A model generated the notes under the pieces. It had not been told where the DNA came from. It was given only the letters and a program-made list of their open reading frames with translations, and did no database searches. A stretch of 64,000 nt of DNA. Source: an uncultured Gammaproteobacteria bacterium. GTDB taxonomy: Bacteria > Patescibacteriota > Microgenomatia > Daviesbacterales > UBA10151. Within the stretch, counting starts at the first letter, position 1, and the number at the start of each line of letters is the position of its first letter. Position numbers and translations under genes: made by a program. Where the stretch lies: contig CAZAZW010000002.1 in the NCBI GenBank assembly GCA_964489875.1, positions 64,503 to 128,502 of the forward strand, read 5' to 3'. Below are positions 1 through 9,222 of the stretch, piece by piece.

Positions 1-2
1 GT

Positions 3-3000
3 TCACACACTGCCAGTGAAGTGAGTCAAACCGGCTACAGTGCATCTTCCTGGGGTGGAGATTGTAACAGTGACGGTACGATCACTTTGGCTTTGGGTGA
101 TAACAAAACCTGTACAATCACCAACGATGATACCCCGGCGTATCTGATTGTGATCAAACATGTTATCAAAGACAACGGCGGCAATGCAGTTGCTTCCGAT
201 TTCACTATGACTATCAATGATGTGATTGCTTCCGGAGGCAATTCTTTCCCCGGGCAAGCTGCACCCGGCACCAATAAAACACTCACTACCGTCGGCTCAT
301 ACAGCGTCACCGAAAGCGGGCCAACAGGTTATAATGCTAGCTTCTCCTCAGACTGTAACGGTTCGATCGCTTTGGGTCAAACCAAGACTTGTACTATTAC
401 CAATAATGATGTGGCGCCAACGATTCAACTGAATAAAGTGGTTATTAATAATAATGGAGGTAATGCTGGCTCCAATGACTTCGGTTTGACCATCGGTGGT
501 CAATCAGTTGACTCGGGCCAAACCCTAACTGTTAACGCTAATACCCCCCTTGCTATCAATGAAGCCGGACTTCCAGGTTATACCTTTGTCTCTATTACCG
601 GTGATGCCAAATGCCCGTCAGTCTTGGGCGGTTCAGTCACTTTAGATGAAGATGAAGATATTACCTGTACAATCACTAATAATGATGATGTCCCATCTTT
701 AACCTTGGTTAAGCAAGTAACTAATAATAATGGCGGTAATGCTCAAGCCACGGATTGGATTCTAACCGCCTCCGGCCCAACTGGATTTTCTGGCCCTGGC
801 CCCTCGGTTTCAAGTGATTCTTCTTTTAAAGCTGGCACTTACAATCTCTCGGAATCTGGTCCTTCCGGCTACAGCGCCAGTAGCTGGTTTTGTCAGGGCG
901 GCACTCAAGACGGAAACCACGTTACCCTTAATTTAGGAGAGAGCGCTACTTGTACCATCACCAATGATGACCAGTCGGCAAGTATTACTTTAATTAAAGA
1001 AGTAATTAATAATAACGGAGGTAATGCCGGCCCGAATGACTTTGGTATTTCTATCGGGGGACAGGTAGTCAATTCCGGAACTACACTAGATGTCAATTCC
1101 CATACTCCCATTGCTATTGATGAGGCAGGTTTAACGGGTTATAGTTTTGTCTCAATTACCGGCGATAATAAATGTCCGGCTACTTTGGGTGAAACAGTAG
1201 CCCTAAATGAGGGGGAGGATATTACCTGTACAATTACCAATGATGATCAACCGGCGCACCTCATTGTTATAAAGAAGGTGGTAAAAGACAACGGAGGAAC
1301 GGCAAATCCTGCTGACTTTACTATGACTATCAACGGGGTTGTCGTCCAAAGCGGAGGTAGTTCCTTCAATGGAGAAGATACTCCAGGTACCGTCAGAATA
1401 GTGGAACCCGGAACCTATAATGTCACTGAAAGCGGACCATCAGGTTATTCCAGCAACTTCTCGGCTGATTGTTCAGGGATAATTGCCCTGGGTGAAACTA
1501 AGACTTGTACCGTTACCAATAATGATATTGCTCCAACTTTGACTTTAATTAAATATTTACCTAATAATAATGGCGGAAGGGCTACTGAAAGTGACTTTAA
1601 AGTCTACGTTAATGGTCAACTTTCAAGTTGGGGCCAGCATACCCTCAGCGCAGGTCAATATACTATAAGCGAAGATACTTTGATCGGCTATGCGCCTTCC
1701 GCTTGGGGTACAGATTGTGATGTTGATGGGACAATTACTCTTAACCCCGGAGACAACAAGATTTGTACTATTACAAATGATGACGTGGAACCAACCCTGA
1801 CTTTGATAAAAAATCTTCCTAATAATAACGGAGGGACAGCTACCCAAGATGACTTTAATGTTTATATAGACGATGAGTCTGCAGTTTGGGGCCAAAATAC
1901 AGTTGACGCCGGGGATCTGACTGTTAGCGAAGACACTTTACCGGGTTATGAACCGTCAGTTTGGGGCGGTGATTGTGACGAGGATGGTGGAATCAGCTTA
2001 CTGCCTGGTGACAACAAGACTTGTGAGATTACCAATGATGACCAGCCAGCCCATCTCATTCTGGTTAAGAATCTACCAAACGATAATGGTGGTACCGCCA
2101 CCCAGGATGATTTCGATGTTTCTATTGACGAGCAAGAGGCGTTCTGGGGTGACAACGAAGTTAGTGCAGGTTCTCACACAGTCAACGAGAGCACGCTTGC
2201 CGGCTATACACCATCGGGATGGGGTCAAGACTGCGACGAAGATGGCAATGTGTCCCTTCTGCCAGGAGAGACTAAGACCTGTACAATCACAAATGATGAC
2301 GCTGCAGCTTTACTGGTAGTTAAGAAACAAGTCATTAATAACGATGGCGGAACCCTGGATGCCATTAACTTTACTCTTAATGTAACAGGCAATCAGCCTG
2401 ATCCTGCTTCTTTCCCGGGTTCTGAGTCCGGAACCATCGTGATCCTGGGCGCCGGAGCATATTCGGTTGATGAGACTGAGGTTCCTGGATATGAGAAGAG
2501 CTTAGGGGAAGATTGTGCCGGAACAATTGCTAATGGCGAAAGCAAAACCTGCATTATTACTAACGATGACCAGCCTGGTTCAATAAGCGGTATCAAGTGG
2601 AATGATGAGGATGGTAATGGCGAGCAGGATTGCGAGGATGATTCGGATGAGTTTTGTGAAACAGGTTTAGAAGGATGGACTATCTTTCTTGATAAGGATG
2701 ACAATGGAGTTCTGGATGAGGGTGAGGACTTTGAAGAAACTGATGAAGATGGATTTTATACTTTCACCGATTTGGACTCTGGCGCTTACCGGGTTTGTGA
2801 AGAGTTACAGGATGGCTGGGAGCAAACTTTCCCTGACAACGACGAGCTTAACAACTGCCATCTGGTGACTGTTTCCTCAGATGAGGATGTTGAAGACATT
2901 AATTTTGGCAATCAGGGCCGGGGTACTATTTCGGTTCATAAAAATGTTGACAATAATGGTGATGGTCAAGTGGATGAAGAAAACGCCACAAACTGGACTT

Positions 3001-4130
3001 GGGACATAGATGGACAGGGAGACTTTGCCACCGGTGACAGTGGCCAGGAGGTGGCAGCCGGTTCCTATGCTGTTTCGGAGGATCAAAAAGAAGGTTTCCA
3101 TGTAACTGATTTAGAGTGTAACGATGGAAATTTGTACGGTGCCTCTGAATCGGTTGATGTGACTTTAGAGGCAGGCCAGGATCTTTCTTGTACTTTTACC
3201 AACACCCGTGACAGCGGATCAATTACTATAGTTAAAGATATTGATAATAATGGGGATGGAGATGCCGATGATGTAGGAGATGTAAAGGGTGCTACTGACT
3301 GGACTTGGGACATTTTAGATGGCGATCAAGATAATCCGACTGGACAAACAAAAACTTTATCAACCGGGATATACACCATTAGCGAAGACCAAAAAGCAGG
3401 TCACCTGCTTTTGGGTTGGACTTGTTCCAATGAACAAACCGGCACCACTAATTCAATAAATATTAATGTCACAAGCGATTCGACAACCACCTGTACCTTC
3501 ACCAACCAATTGGTGCCGCCTGTTTTAACTTTAACAAAAGCAAATAATAGAACCGGAATTGATGTCGGAGCCGGATCAGATGTACTTTATACTTTAACAG
3601 TTACCTTAACCGGTAGTCCTCTTTCGAACGTTTCCTTAATTGATCTGCCTCCGGCTGGTTTTAAATACCGCTCAGGTTCTTGGACAGCCGTATCTTCCGA
3701 AAGGGGAGACTTAAAGCCTGAAATAACTACTGAGCCAACTTATGCCTCCCCCGGAACCTGGAGCTTAGGCGATATGGTAACCGGGGAAACTGTCACCCTG
3801 ACTTACATTGCAGATATTGATAACAGTACAGACCCGGGACTGTATAAAGATTTGGCCTGGTCTTCCGGTGAGGGTCAGACCTCAAGCACTGTTTTGGCTA
3901 ATGAAGATAGCGGATTCTTTGTCGGAACAGAAGTGAATGTGGTTGCTGGTAGCGGAGATTCAGCAGGAGTGAATGTTGTGCGGGAAGAGCGTGGTGAAGT
4001 TTTGGGGGTTTCTACTGAGCTTCCCCAAACAGGTATAAACACTCTCTGGTCAATTCTGGCTGTTCTTTTACTGGCAAGCGGTGCCGGACTTATTTTTGCC
4101 GGAATTAGTTTAAGGAGAAAATATGAATAA
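3..4130 (+). CDS. Large sortase-anchored surface protein with tandem SpaA/CnaB-like Ig repeats, SdrD-B-like and DUF11-like domains; 5' end lies outside the window
   Basis: Frame is open to the window edge; >10 repeats ending C-T-I-T-N-D-D; C-terminal LPQTG, hydrophobic helix and RRK tail. Confidence 0.85.
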   Translation, partial: SHTASEVSQTGYSASSWGGDCNSDGTITLALGDNKTCTITNDDTPAYLIVIKHVIKDNGGNAVASDFTMTINDVIASGGNSFPGQAAPGTNKTLTTVGSYSVTESGPTGYNASFSSDCNGSIALGQTKTCTITNNDVAPTIQLNKVVINNNGGNAGSNDFGLTIGGQSVDSGQTLTVNANTPLAINEAGLPGYTFVSITGDAKCPSVLGGSVTLDEDEDITCTITNNDDVPSLTLVKQVTNNNGGNAQATDWILTASGPTGFSGPGPSVSSDSSFKAGTYNLSESGPSGYSASSWFCQGGTQDGNHVTLNLGESATCTITNDDQSASITLIKEVINNNGGNAGPNDFGISIGGQVVNSGTTLDVNSHTPIAIDEAGLTGYSFVSITGDNKCPATLGETVALNEGEDITCTITNDDQPAHLIVIKKVVKDNGGTANPADFTMTINGVVVQSGGSSFNGEDTPGTVRIVEPGTYNVTESGPSGYSSNFSADCSGIIALGETKTCTVTNNDIAPTLTLIKYLPNNNGGRATESDFKVYVNGQLSSWGQHTLSAGQYTISEDTLIGYAPSAWGTDCDVDGTITLNPGDNKICTITNDDVEPTLTLIKNLPNNNGGTATQDDFNVYIDDESAVWGQNTVDAGDLTVSEDTLPGYEPSVWGGDCDEDGGISLLPGDNKTCEITNDDQPAHLILVKNLPNDNGGTATQDDFDVSIDEQEAFWGDNEVSAGSHTVNESTLAGYTPSGWGQDCDEDGNVSLLPGETKTCTITNDDAAALLVVKKQVINNDGGTLDAINFTLNVTGNQPDPASFPGSESGTIVILGAGAYSVDETEVPGYEKSLGEDCAGTIANGESKTCIITNDDQPGSISGIKWNDEDGNGEQDCEDDSDEFCETGLEGWTIFLDKDDNGVLDEGEDFEETDEDGFYTFTDLDSGAYRVCEELQDGWEQTFPDNDELNNCHLVTVSSDEDVEDINFGNQGRGTISVHKNVDNNGDGQVDEENATNWTWDIDGQGDFATGDSGQEVAAGSYAVSEDQKEGFHVTDLECNDGNLYGASESVDVTLEAGQDLSCTFTNTRDSGSITIVKDIDNNGDGDADDVGDVKGATDWTWDILDGDQDNPTGQTKTLSTGIYTISEDQKAGHLLLGWTCSNEQTGTTNSININVTSDSTTTCTFTNQLVPPVLTLTKANNRTGIDVGAGSDVLYTLTVTLTGSPLSNVSLIDLPPAGFKYRSGSWTAVSSERGDLKPEITTEPTYASPGTWSLGDMVTGETVTLTYIADIDNSTDPGLYKDLAWSSGEGQTSSTVLANEDSGFFVGTEVNVVAGSGDSAGVNVVREERGEVLGVSTELPQTGINTLWSILAVLLLASGAGLIFAGISLRRKYE

Positions 4131-5097
4131 TTTTAAGCTAATCACAACAAGTATACTTTTTGTGTTGATGTTTGTCTTAACAGGCCAAGTCTTTGCGGCG
4201 GATCTGTCTGTCAAAATTGAAACACCAAAAAGCTCAACCAGAGAAAACAGCTTTAAGATTGGTTTTGTGACCCTGGATATTCAGGGTAGATCAGTAACTG
4301 TGAAATGCTTGAAAAAAGGTCCTTCTGAAGGGAGCTTTACTCAATTCGGATCTGATTTTGTCTTTACGCCGGGAGGAAACAGCGGTAACTGTGAGGTGAC
4401 TTCCTCAATAATTTCCAGCCAAGGGACTTATCAATTTAAAGTTACTGCTCAAGCCGGAGCAGAGACAGCGGAGAGCTCAACTGTCTCTGTTTCATACGCA
4501 ACCGATTCTCCCAGCACACCGTCCTATTCTAAAGAGCAATTATCCTCTTGTGATTATAAAATTAAATTCAAAACTGCTGATGATGGCAGAACTGCTAAAG
4601 TGAAGATTTATAGATCTACCGAGACCAGCTTTACCGCTGATTCAGGGACAGAGATCGGCACTGTCAATATCGGCCCAAATCTGGAGGGAAGCTTTACTAA
4701 TTCTGTTCCGGATTGCAGCAAAACTTACTACTTTGCCATCAGGGCTTTTGATGATGCGGGTAATGGCTCTGGGGTAGCGAGTGATAGTGCAGTGACGGTA
4801 ATTACTACAACGACCACTGTGGCGGCATCCCCTACACCAGGTGGGGCTATTCCGGTAGCCGAGTCACAAGTCTCTGAAGGCTCTATTTTGGGAAGCACGG
4901 CGGCTGCCAGCGAAGAAGGGGTATTAGAAGAAGGGGTATTAGGAGAAGAAGCTACTCCCGGCTCAGAAATATCAGTTTCACCCACACCTCTGCCTCAGAC
5001 AGGACCCTTCACAAGGCTTTTTAGTTTAAGGAATTTAATCTATGCAGCTTTAGCAGGTTTGGTGATATACTTCCTCTATCGGCGGTCCCGCAAGTAA
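4123..5097 (+). CDS. Secreted Ig/FN3-like protein with LPQTG sorting signal
   Basis: Signal peptide (VFA/A), FN3-like YYFAIRAFD, LPQTG followed by TM helix and RRSRK; overlaps upstream stop. Confidence 0.8.
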   Translation: MNNFKLITTSILFVLMFVLTGQVFAADLSVKIETPKSSTRENSFKIGFVTLDIQGRSVTVKCLKKGPSEGSFTQFGSDFVFTPGGNSGNCEVTSSIISSQGTYQFKVTAQAGAETAESSTVSVSYATDSPSTPSYSKEQLSSCDYKIKFKTADDGRTAKVKIYRSTETSFTADSGTEIGTVNIGPNLEGSFTNSVPDCSKTYYFAIRAFDDAGNGSGVASDSAVTVITTTTTVAASPTPGGAIPVAESQVSEGSILGSTAAASEEGVLEEGVLGEEATPGSEISVSPTPLPQTGPFTRLFSLRNLIYAALAGLVIYFLYRRSRK

Positions 5098-5103
5098 ATC
5101 TTC

Positions 5104-5703
5104 ATGAAGAAATTATCACTTGTTCTGATAGCCTTAGGTTCTTTTAGTGTTATTTTGGCAGTTGCTATTTTTATAGCCATTTTCTATTCAGTAATTTCAG
5201 TGGAAGTAGGATATCAGATTAATCAGGTTTCTGGGCAGTCGGGAGTGAAAAAAGAAATAATCCCGCTTGATAAGGATTTTGGGGTAGTAATTCCTAAAAT
5301 TTCCGCCAATTCCAAAGTTATACCTAATGTGGATCCATTTAATGAGAAGGTATACCAAGAGGCCCTGACGCGTGGGGTGGCCCATGCCAAAGGAACAACC
5401 GTACCCGGAAAAGAAGGGAATGTTTTCTTATTTTCTCACTCTTCTGTAAATTTTTATGAGGCTAATCGATACAATTCAATTTTTTACCTTTTGGATAAAT
5501 TAACAGTTGGAGATGAAATAGACCTTTATTATTTAAACTCTAAATTTAAATATGTTGTTACTGAGAAAAAAGTGGTAGATGCTGCGGATGTAAAATATTT
5601 AGGCAACCTTGGATCAGGTAAAACTGTTACACTGATGACCTGTTGGCCGGCCGGGACCAGCTGGAAAAGACTGTTGGTAATAGGAACGTTAGCAGAAAAT
5701 TAA
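5104..5703 (+). CDS. Sortase
   Basis: N-terminal TM anchor; His (FSHSS), TLMTCWP Cys and downstream Arg (KRL); adjacent to two LPQTG proteins. Confidence 0.9.
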   Translation: MKKLSLVLIALGSFSVILAVAIFIAIFYSVISVEVGYQINQVSGQSGVKKEIIPLDKDFGVVIPKISANSKVIPNVDPFNEKVYQEALTRGVAHAKGTTVPGKEGNVFLFSHSSVNFYEANRYNSIFYLLDKLTVGDEIDLYYLNSKFKYVVTEKKVVDAADVKYLGNLGSGKTVTLMTCWPAGTSWKRLLVIGTLAEN

Positions 5704-6503
5704 CCTTGAGTTGGAACTAATTCCTGAGTGAGAGCTATAGTAGCTGTGAATGCTAAGTTAATTGTACCAAGTTTTCCCATGATGCTTGCTCTATGATTAT
5801 TGGCTGTTTTTGGTGAGATAAAAAGCTGTTCTGATATTTCCTGGCTGGTTTTTCCTTGTACCAACAAAGCCAAAATTTCTGTCTCTCTTTCTGATAAGGA
5901 TTCACCTAGTGTAACCTTTTTAGCTGGAGGAAAAAATCTGCTTCTTTCCTCAGGCGGAACAGCAGCCAAAACCATGAAAATAGCTTCAACTCTATTTCCT
6001 GCGCCCAAATTATCTAAGATCGATGCTCGATGATTATCCGCAGTTTTAGGGCTGATGCAAAGTTTATCTCCTATTTCTGAACTTGTATACCCTGAAGCCA
6101 TCAAGCTAAAAACATCTTTCTCTCTTGGCCTAAATGCAACATTATTCCCACCAATTTGTAGGGTATGTACTGAATCTAACATGACTTTAAAAGCTAGGCT
6201 TGTTGCAACTCTTTCGTCTTCAGAAAACTTTTTGTTTATAGTAGCTTGGCGATCAGCGAGTTGATCTGGAGCGAGACCAAGTATCCATCTGATAGTAGTA
6301 GGATCCATTCCTTGAGCATTCAGATAAACAATCTTTTCTTCTAAGGGATCGAATCCTCCGTCAGGCAGCATTGTTTGTAAAAAGGCTGGCAGGCCTCTAT
6401 TATTTAAGTTTGGATTGGGTGGTCCTTCTTGATGTTGTAAATGTTCCATAAATTTAGCAATGTCTAATTTTGCAAGCCCATAGTTTAACATAACTTTTAT
6501 CAT
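5700..6503 (-). CDS. Multi-LuxR-HTH transcriptional regulator without receiver domain (start uncertain)
   Basis: Two copies of RExE/D..L..G.TS.EI...L.ISPKTA.NHRASI..LG plus a degenerate third. Confidence 0.8.
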   Translation of the reverse strand: MIKVMLNYGLAKLDIAKFMEHLQHQEGPPNPNLNNRGLPAFLQTMLPDGGFDPLEEKIVYLNAQGMDPTTIRWILGLAPDQLADRQATINKKFSEDERVATSLAFKVMLDSVHTLQIGGNNVAFRPREKDVFSLMASGYTSSEIGDKLCISPKTADNHRASILDNLGAGNRVEAIFMVLAAVPPEERSRFFPPAKKVTLGESLSERETEILALLVQGKTSQEISEQLFISPKTANNHRASIMGKLGTINLAFTATIALTQELVPTQG

Positions 6504-6662
6504 TTGTCAAATATTTGTATCTAGGATCATTTTTAGATTCAATTTATATATAATGTATAGTGGAAAACTATAGGGAATTAAAACTTGACAAGACATATTA
6601 GAGAAGACTATAACGTAGATGTTTCTATTTTAAATTTCCAAAAGAGAGGGGGTGAAAAAATA

Positions 6663-7682
6663 TTGAATAAAGTAATAATGACAGTTTTTGGCATCTTCGT
6701 CTCTCTCTCTCTTCTATTTGTAACTCCAGCCTTAGCAGCAAAACCCGTTGATACTTGTCAGTATGTTGTGGACGGCAATATACCTTACGCACCTGGTCAC
6801 TATCTGGCTAGTCAGTTTTTAATGCCAGGATACGACGTATTTGGTTATAACTACCAAGCTCATATCTTTAACGGCAGTTTTGCTAATGCGTATCTAGGGA
6901 GACCGGGATCGGGATTACCGCCATATACGGGCGACGACACCGCTTATTTAGCGGAAAATCCTACTGCTGCGAGCCATTGGGCATGGCCGTTTAGGAATGT
7001 CCAGTTGCAGATGAAGTGGAATGACGCTTGGTTGGCTAATAAAGATTGCGGACCAGACGGTTTACTCGATAGACCTTCGCCCTATAAAGGTTCTGGAGCA
7101 TGGTTAACAAACCACGCAACAGGAACTTATGAAGGTAGCATATGGGATGCGACAGGTAACTATGTCATAAATGTAGAATATCTTGGGGTAGATTACCCAG
7201 AAGACTTAGTCCTGCTACAAAGCGGTAGTAGTATAACGGGCACTTCTCTAGAACTGGTTGGAGGTGGATCGCCATGGACAATAGATTCAGGTACCGTCAG
7301 TGGTAATTCAATAGAATTTGAAGGTTATTTTAACAGTAATCCTTCGATGAGAGTGCACTTTACAGGTAGTATTGCGGTTGATGGATCAATGAGCGGAAAT
7401 TGGGGAGATCTAGCACCGGGAACAAGAATAGGTATATGGGCCACAACATCCGGAGCGGCTATACATCCAATTTGTACAGTAAGCGATTTCGTCAAGATTA
7501 TTGCTCCACCTGCAACAGCAACAAAGGTAGCTGATGTTTGGTATACGGCTGATGAATCCGAAATCGGACAGGATATTTGGGGAGAGTTTGCCATAATCCA
7601 AGAAGAAGCCAGTGATCCTTGTAGTGAGTATGGAATCATTAACTACATGAGTCCTTTGAAAAAAGGTCTTGGAGGTTGGTAA
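6663..7682 (+). CDS. Secreted hypothetical protein
   Basis: TTG start after GGGGGTG RBS-like sequence; signal peptide ending ALA; 339 codons. Confidence 0.7.
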   Translation: MNKVIMTVFGIFVSLSLLFVTPALAAKPVDTCQYVVDGNIPYAPGHYLASQFLMPGYDVFGYNYQAHIFNGSFANAYLGRPGSGLPPYTGDDTAYLAENPTAASHWAWPFRNVQLQMKWNDAWLANKDCGPDGLLDRPSPYKGSGAWLTNHATGTYEGSIWDATGNYVINVEYLGVDYPEDLVLLQSGSSITGTSLELVGGGSPWTIDSGTVSGNSIEFEGYFNSNPSMRVHFTGSIAVDGSMSGNWGDLAPGTRIGIWATTSGAAIHPICTVSDFVKIIAPPATATKVADVWYTADESEIGQDIWGEFAIIQEEASDPCSEYGIINYMSPLKKGLGGW

Positions 7683-7695
7683 TAAGTAAAAAATT

Positions 7696-7804
7696 CAGCC
7701 CATCGGGTTATTACCCTGAGTGAACTTGTACTGAGCGAACTGGTGGTGAGCGTAGTCGAACCAGTCGAAGTAATCAAAGGGATGACTCGGTGGGTTGTTT
7801 TTTT
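7696..7804 (+). terminator. Intrinsic terminator whose loop contains nested 24-nt repeats
   Basis: cagcccatcgggt pairs with actcggtgggttg (only G-U wobbles) followed by T7. Confidence 0.75.
7710..7781 (+). repeat. Three nested 24-nt REP-like elements (XYZ-TGAG-N4-RTCRAA-Z'Y'X')
   Basis: atta-ccc-tgag-tgaa[cttg-tac-tgag-cgaa[ctgg-tgg-tgag-cgta-gtcgaa-cca]gtcgaa-gta]atcaaa-ggg. Confidence 0.8.
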
Positions 7805-7866
7805 GTCTTGCATTCAGTTTTGCAAAAGAGTATATTCCAATTGCTGCCTGAACAACTTTTCTTAAA

Positions 7867-8463
7867 ATGTCGGGCGTTTTTGTATTACTATTCTTAATTA
7901 CTTTTGTCCTTTTGATTATCAGTTTGGTTAAGCCTGGGTTCCTAAATCGAATAATCAAGAGAGAACTTTCAAGGAAACAAAGTTCGCTTGGTATAGGTGC
8001 AATATTATTAATACTTTTTGTCTTAATTGGTATAACAGGTCCTAAAACAGAAATAAAAGGTGAAAGCACAGTTCGAGAAAGTTCTCCTAGTCCTACACTA
8101 GAACCCACTCCTACACCAACTTTAAGTCCTAGTCCTACTCCAAGCCCGACACCATCTTCGACGCCAACCCCAACGCCATCACCGTCGCCGACGCCTAGTC
8201 TTTTGCCTTTGCCTACGCCTACATCTATACCAACTCCAACAATAATTGCTACCCCTACACCAACTCCTCAGCCAAATAATTCCTCAACATCTAATAACTG
8301 TGATCCTTCTTACCCAGATGTTTGTATACCAATAGGTGCTGCTGATTACGATTGTGCAGGTGGTAGCGGTAATGGTCCAAATTATATTCAGGGTCCAATT
8401 CGTGTTCTTCCACCAGATCCTTACGATCTAGATCGTGATAATGATGGAATCGGCTGCGAATAA
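7867..8463 (+). CDS. Membrane protein with Pro/Thr linker and C-terminal excalibur-like Ca-binding domain
   Basis: Two TM helices, (PT/PS)n linker, CDPSYPDVC...DLDRDNDGIGCE. Confidence 0.8.
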   Translation: MSGVFVLLFLITFVLLIISLVKPGFLNRIIKRELSRKQSSLGIGAILLILFVLIGITGPKTEIKGESTVRESSPSPTLEPTPTPTLSPSPTPSPTPSSTPTPTPSPSPTPSLLPLPTPTSIPTPTIIATPTPTPQPNNSSTSNNCDPSYPDVCIPIGAADYDCAGGSGNGPNYIQGPIRVLPPDPYDLDRDNDGIGCE

Positions 8464-8550
8464 TGATGAATTCTGGAATAACCTTGCTTCCATTCGGTGG
8501 ATTGTTTTTTGTTGTTTTTGGGGAAATTTAAGCGATTCGGAGAGCAACAA

Positions 8551-9114
8551 TTACTGGACAACTTCACAACTATTTACATCAATAACTCCAACTGTTTGAC
8601 CACCGACAATCCCTCTTACAGTGACAGTTTGCCCATTTTTTAATGGCAGAAGTTGTTGCTTATCTTGTATCCTGCAACTAATTTGAGTTACCGAGAATTG
8701 CTTAGAAGCTACGTTATAAAATGAGATACCACTATCTGTGATATTTGATATTTGAGCTGAAAACTCGACAAGTTTATCCTTCCATTTATCTTTAGCTGCA
8801 ACTTGATTAGTGTCAAAATCATCTGCTAGATCTCTGGCACTTATTTTTTCAGGTGTTGGCGTTGCCTTAACCTCATTGCTAACATTTGTAGTTGTTACTC
8901 GATTGCTATTTTGATTACCACTGGTTGTAGATTGACCGCTATTCTTATTGCCGCTACTACCAATTGCTCCAATCATTCCGATTATAAATAAAACAAGAAT
9001 TCCAGTCAGGATTGGGTGTCGTCTAAACCAGCCTCTTTGATCCGTTTGGCAATGCGGACATTTTTTTGCTTTGCTGTCTATTTCCATTTGGCAACTCTTG
9101 CATTTTTTCGACAT
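8551..9114 (-). CDS. Zinc-ribbon / TM / OB-fold (tRNA_anti-like) protein
   Basis: CKSC..CPHC, TM helix, C-terminal A..KWKDK.VE...GQTVTVRG OB-fold pattern. Confidence 0.75.
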   Translation of the reverse strand: MSKKCKSCQMEIDSKAKKCPHCQTDQRGWFRRHPILTGILVLFIIGMIGAIGSSGNKNSGQSTTSGNQNSNRVTTTNVSNEVKATPTPEKISARDLADDFDTNQVAAKDKWKDKLVEFSAQISNITDSGISFYNVASKQFSVTQISCRIQDKQQLLPLKNGQTVTVRGIVGGQTVGVIDVNSCEVVQ

Positions 9115-9222
9115 ATTATTCTGACCTTAATCTAATTTACAGTTTATCACAAGATATCAAGGTTTCTCAAAATCCTGTCTTGGTTGAACAAGCAAGAGAA
9201 AGACTAAAACAAATAAATTTAC

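Noticed and set aside
21-3520. Repeats in the large surface gene as a CRISPR array or DGR template
   Set aside because: They are degenerate in-frame protein domain repeats, with no constant repeat/unique spacer pattern and no cas or reverse transcriptase gene in the window
7695-8108. 137-aa minus-strand ORF with PFDYFDWFDYAHHQFAQ
   Set aside because: Antisense to a real gene; the odd peptide is the translation of the nested repeats
8090-8270. Pro/Thr-coding low-complexity DNA here and at about 42620-42740
   Set aside because: Ordinary PT linkers of surface proteins
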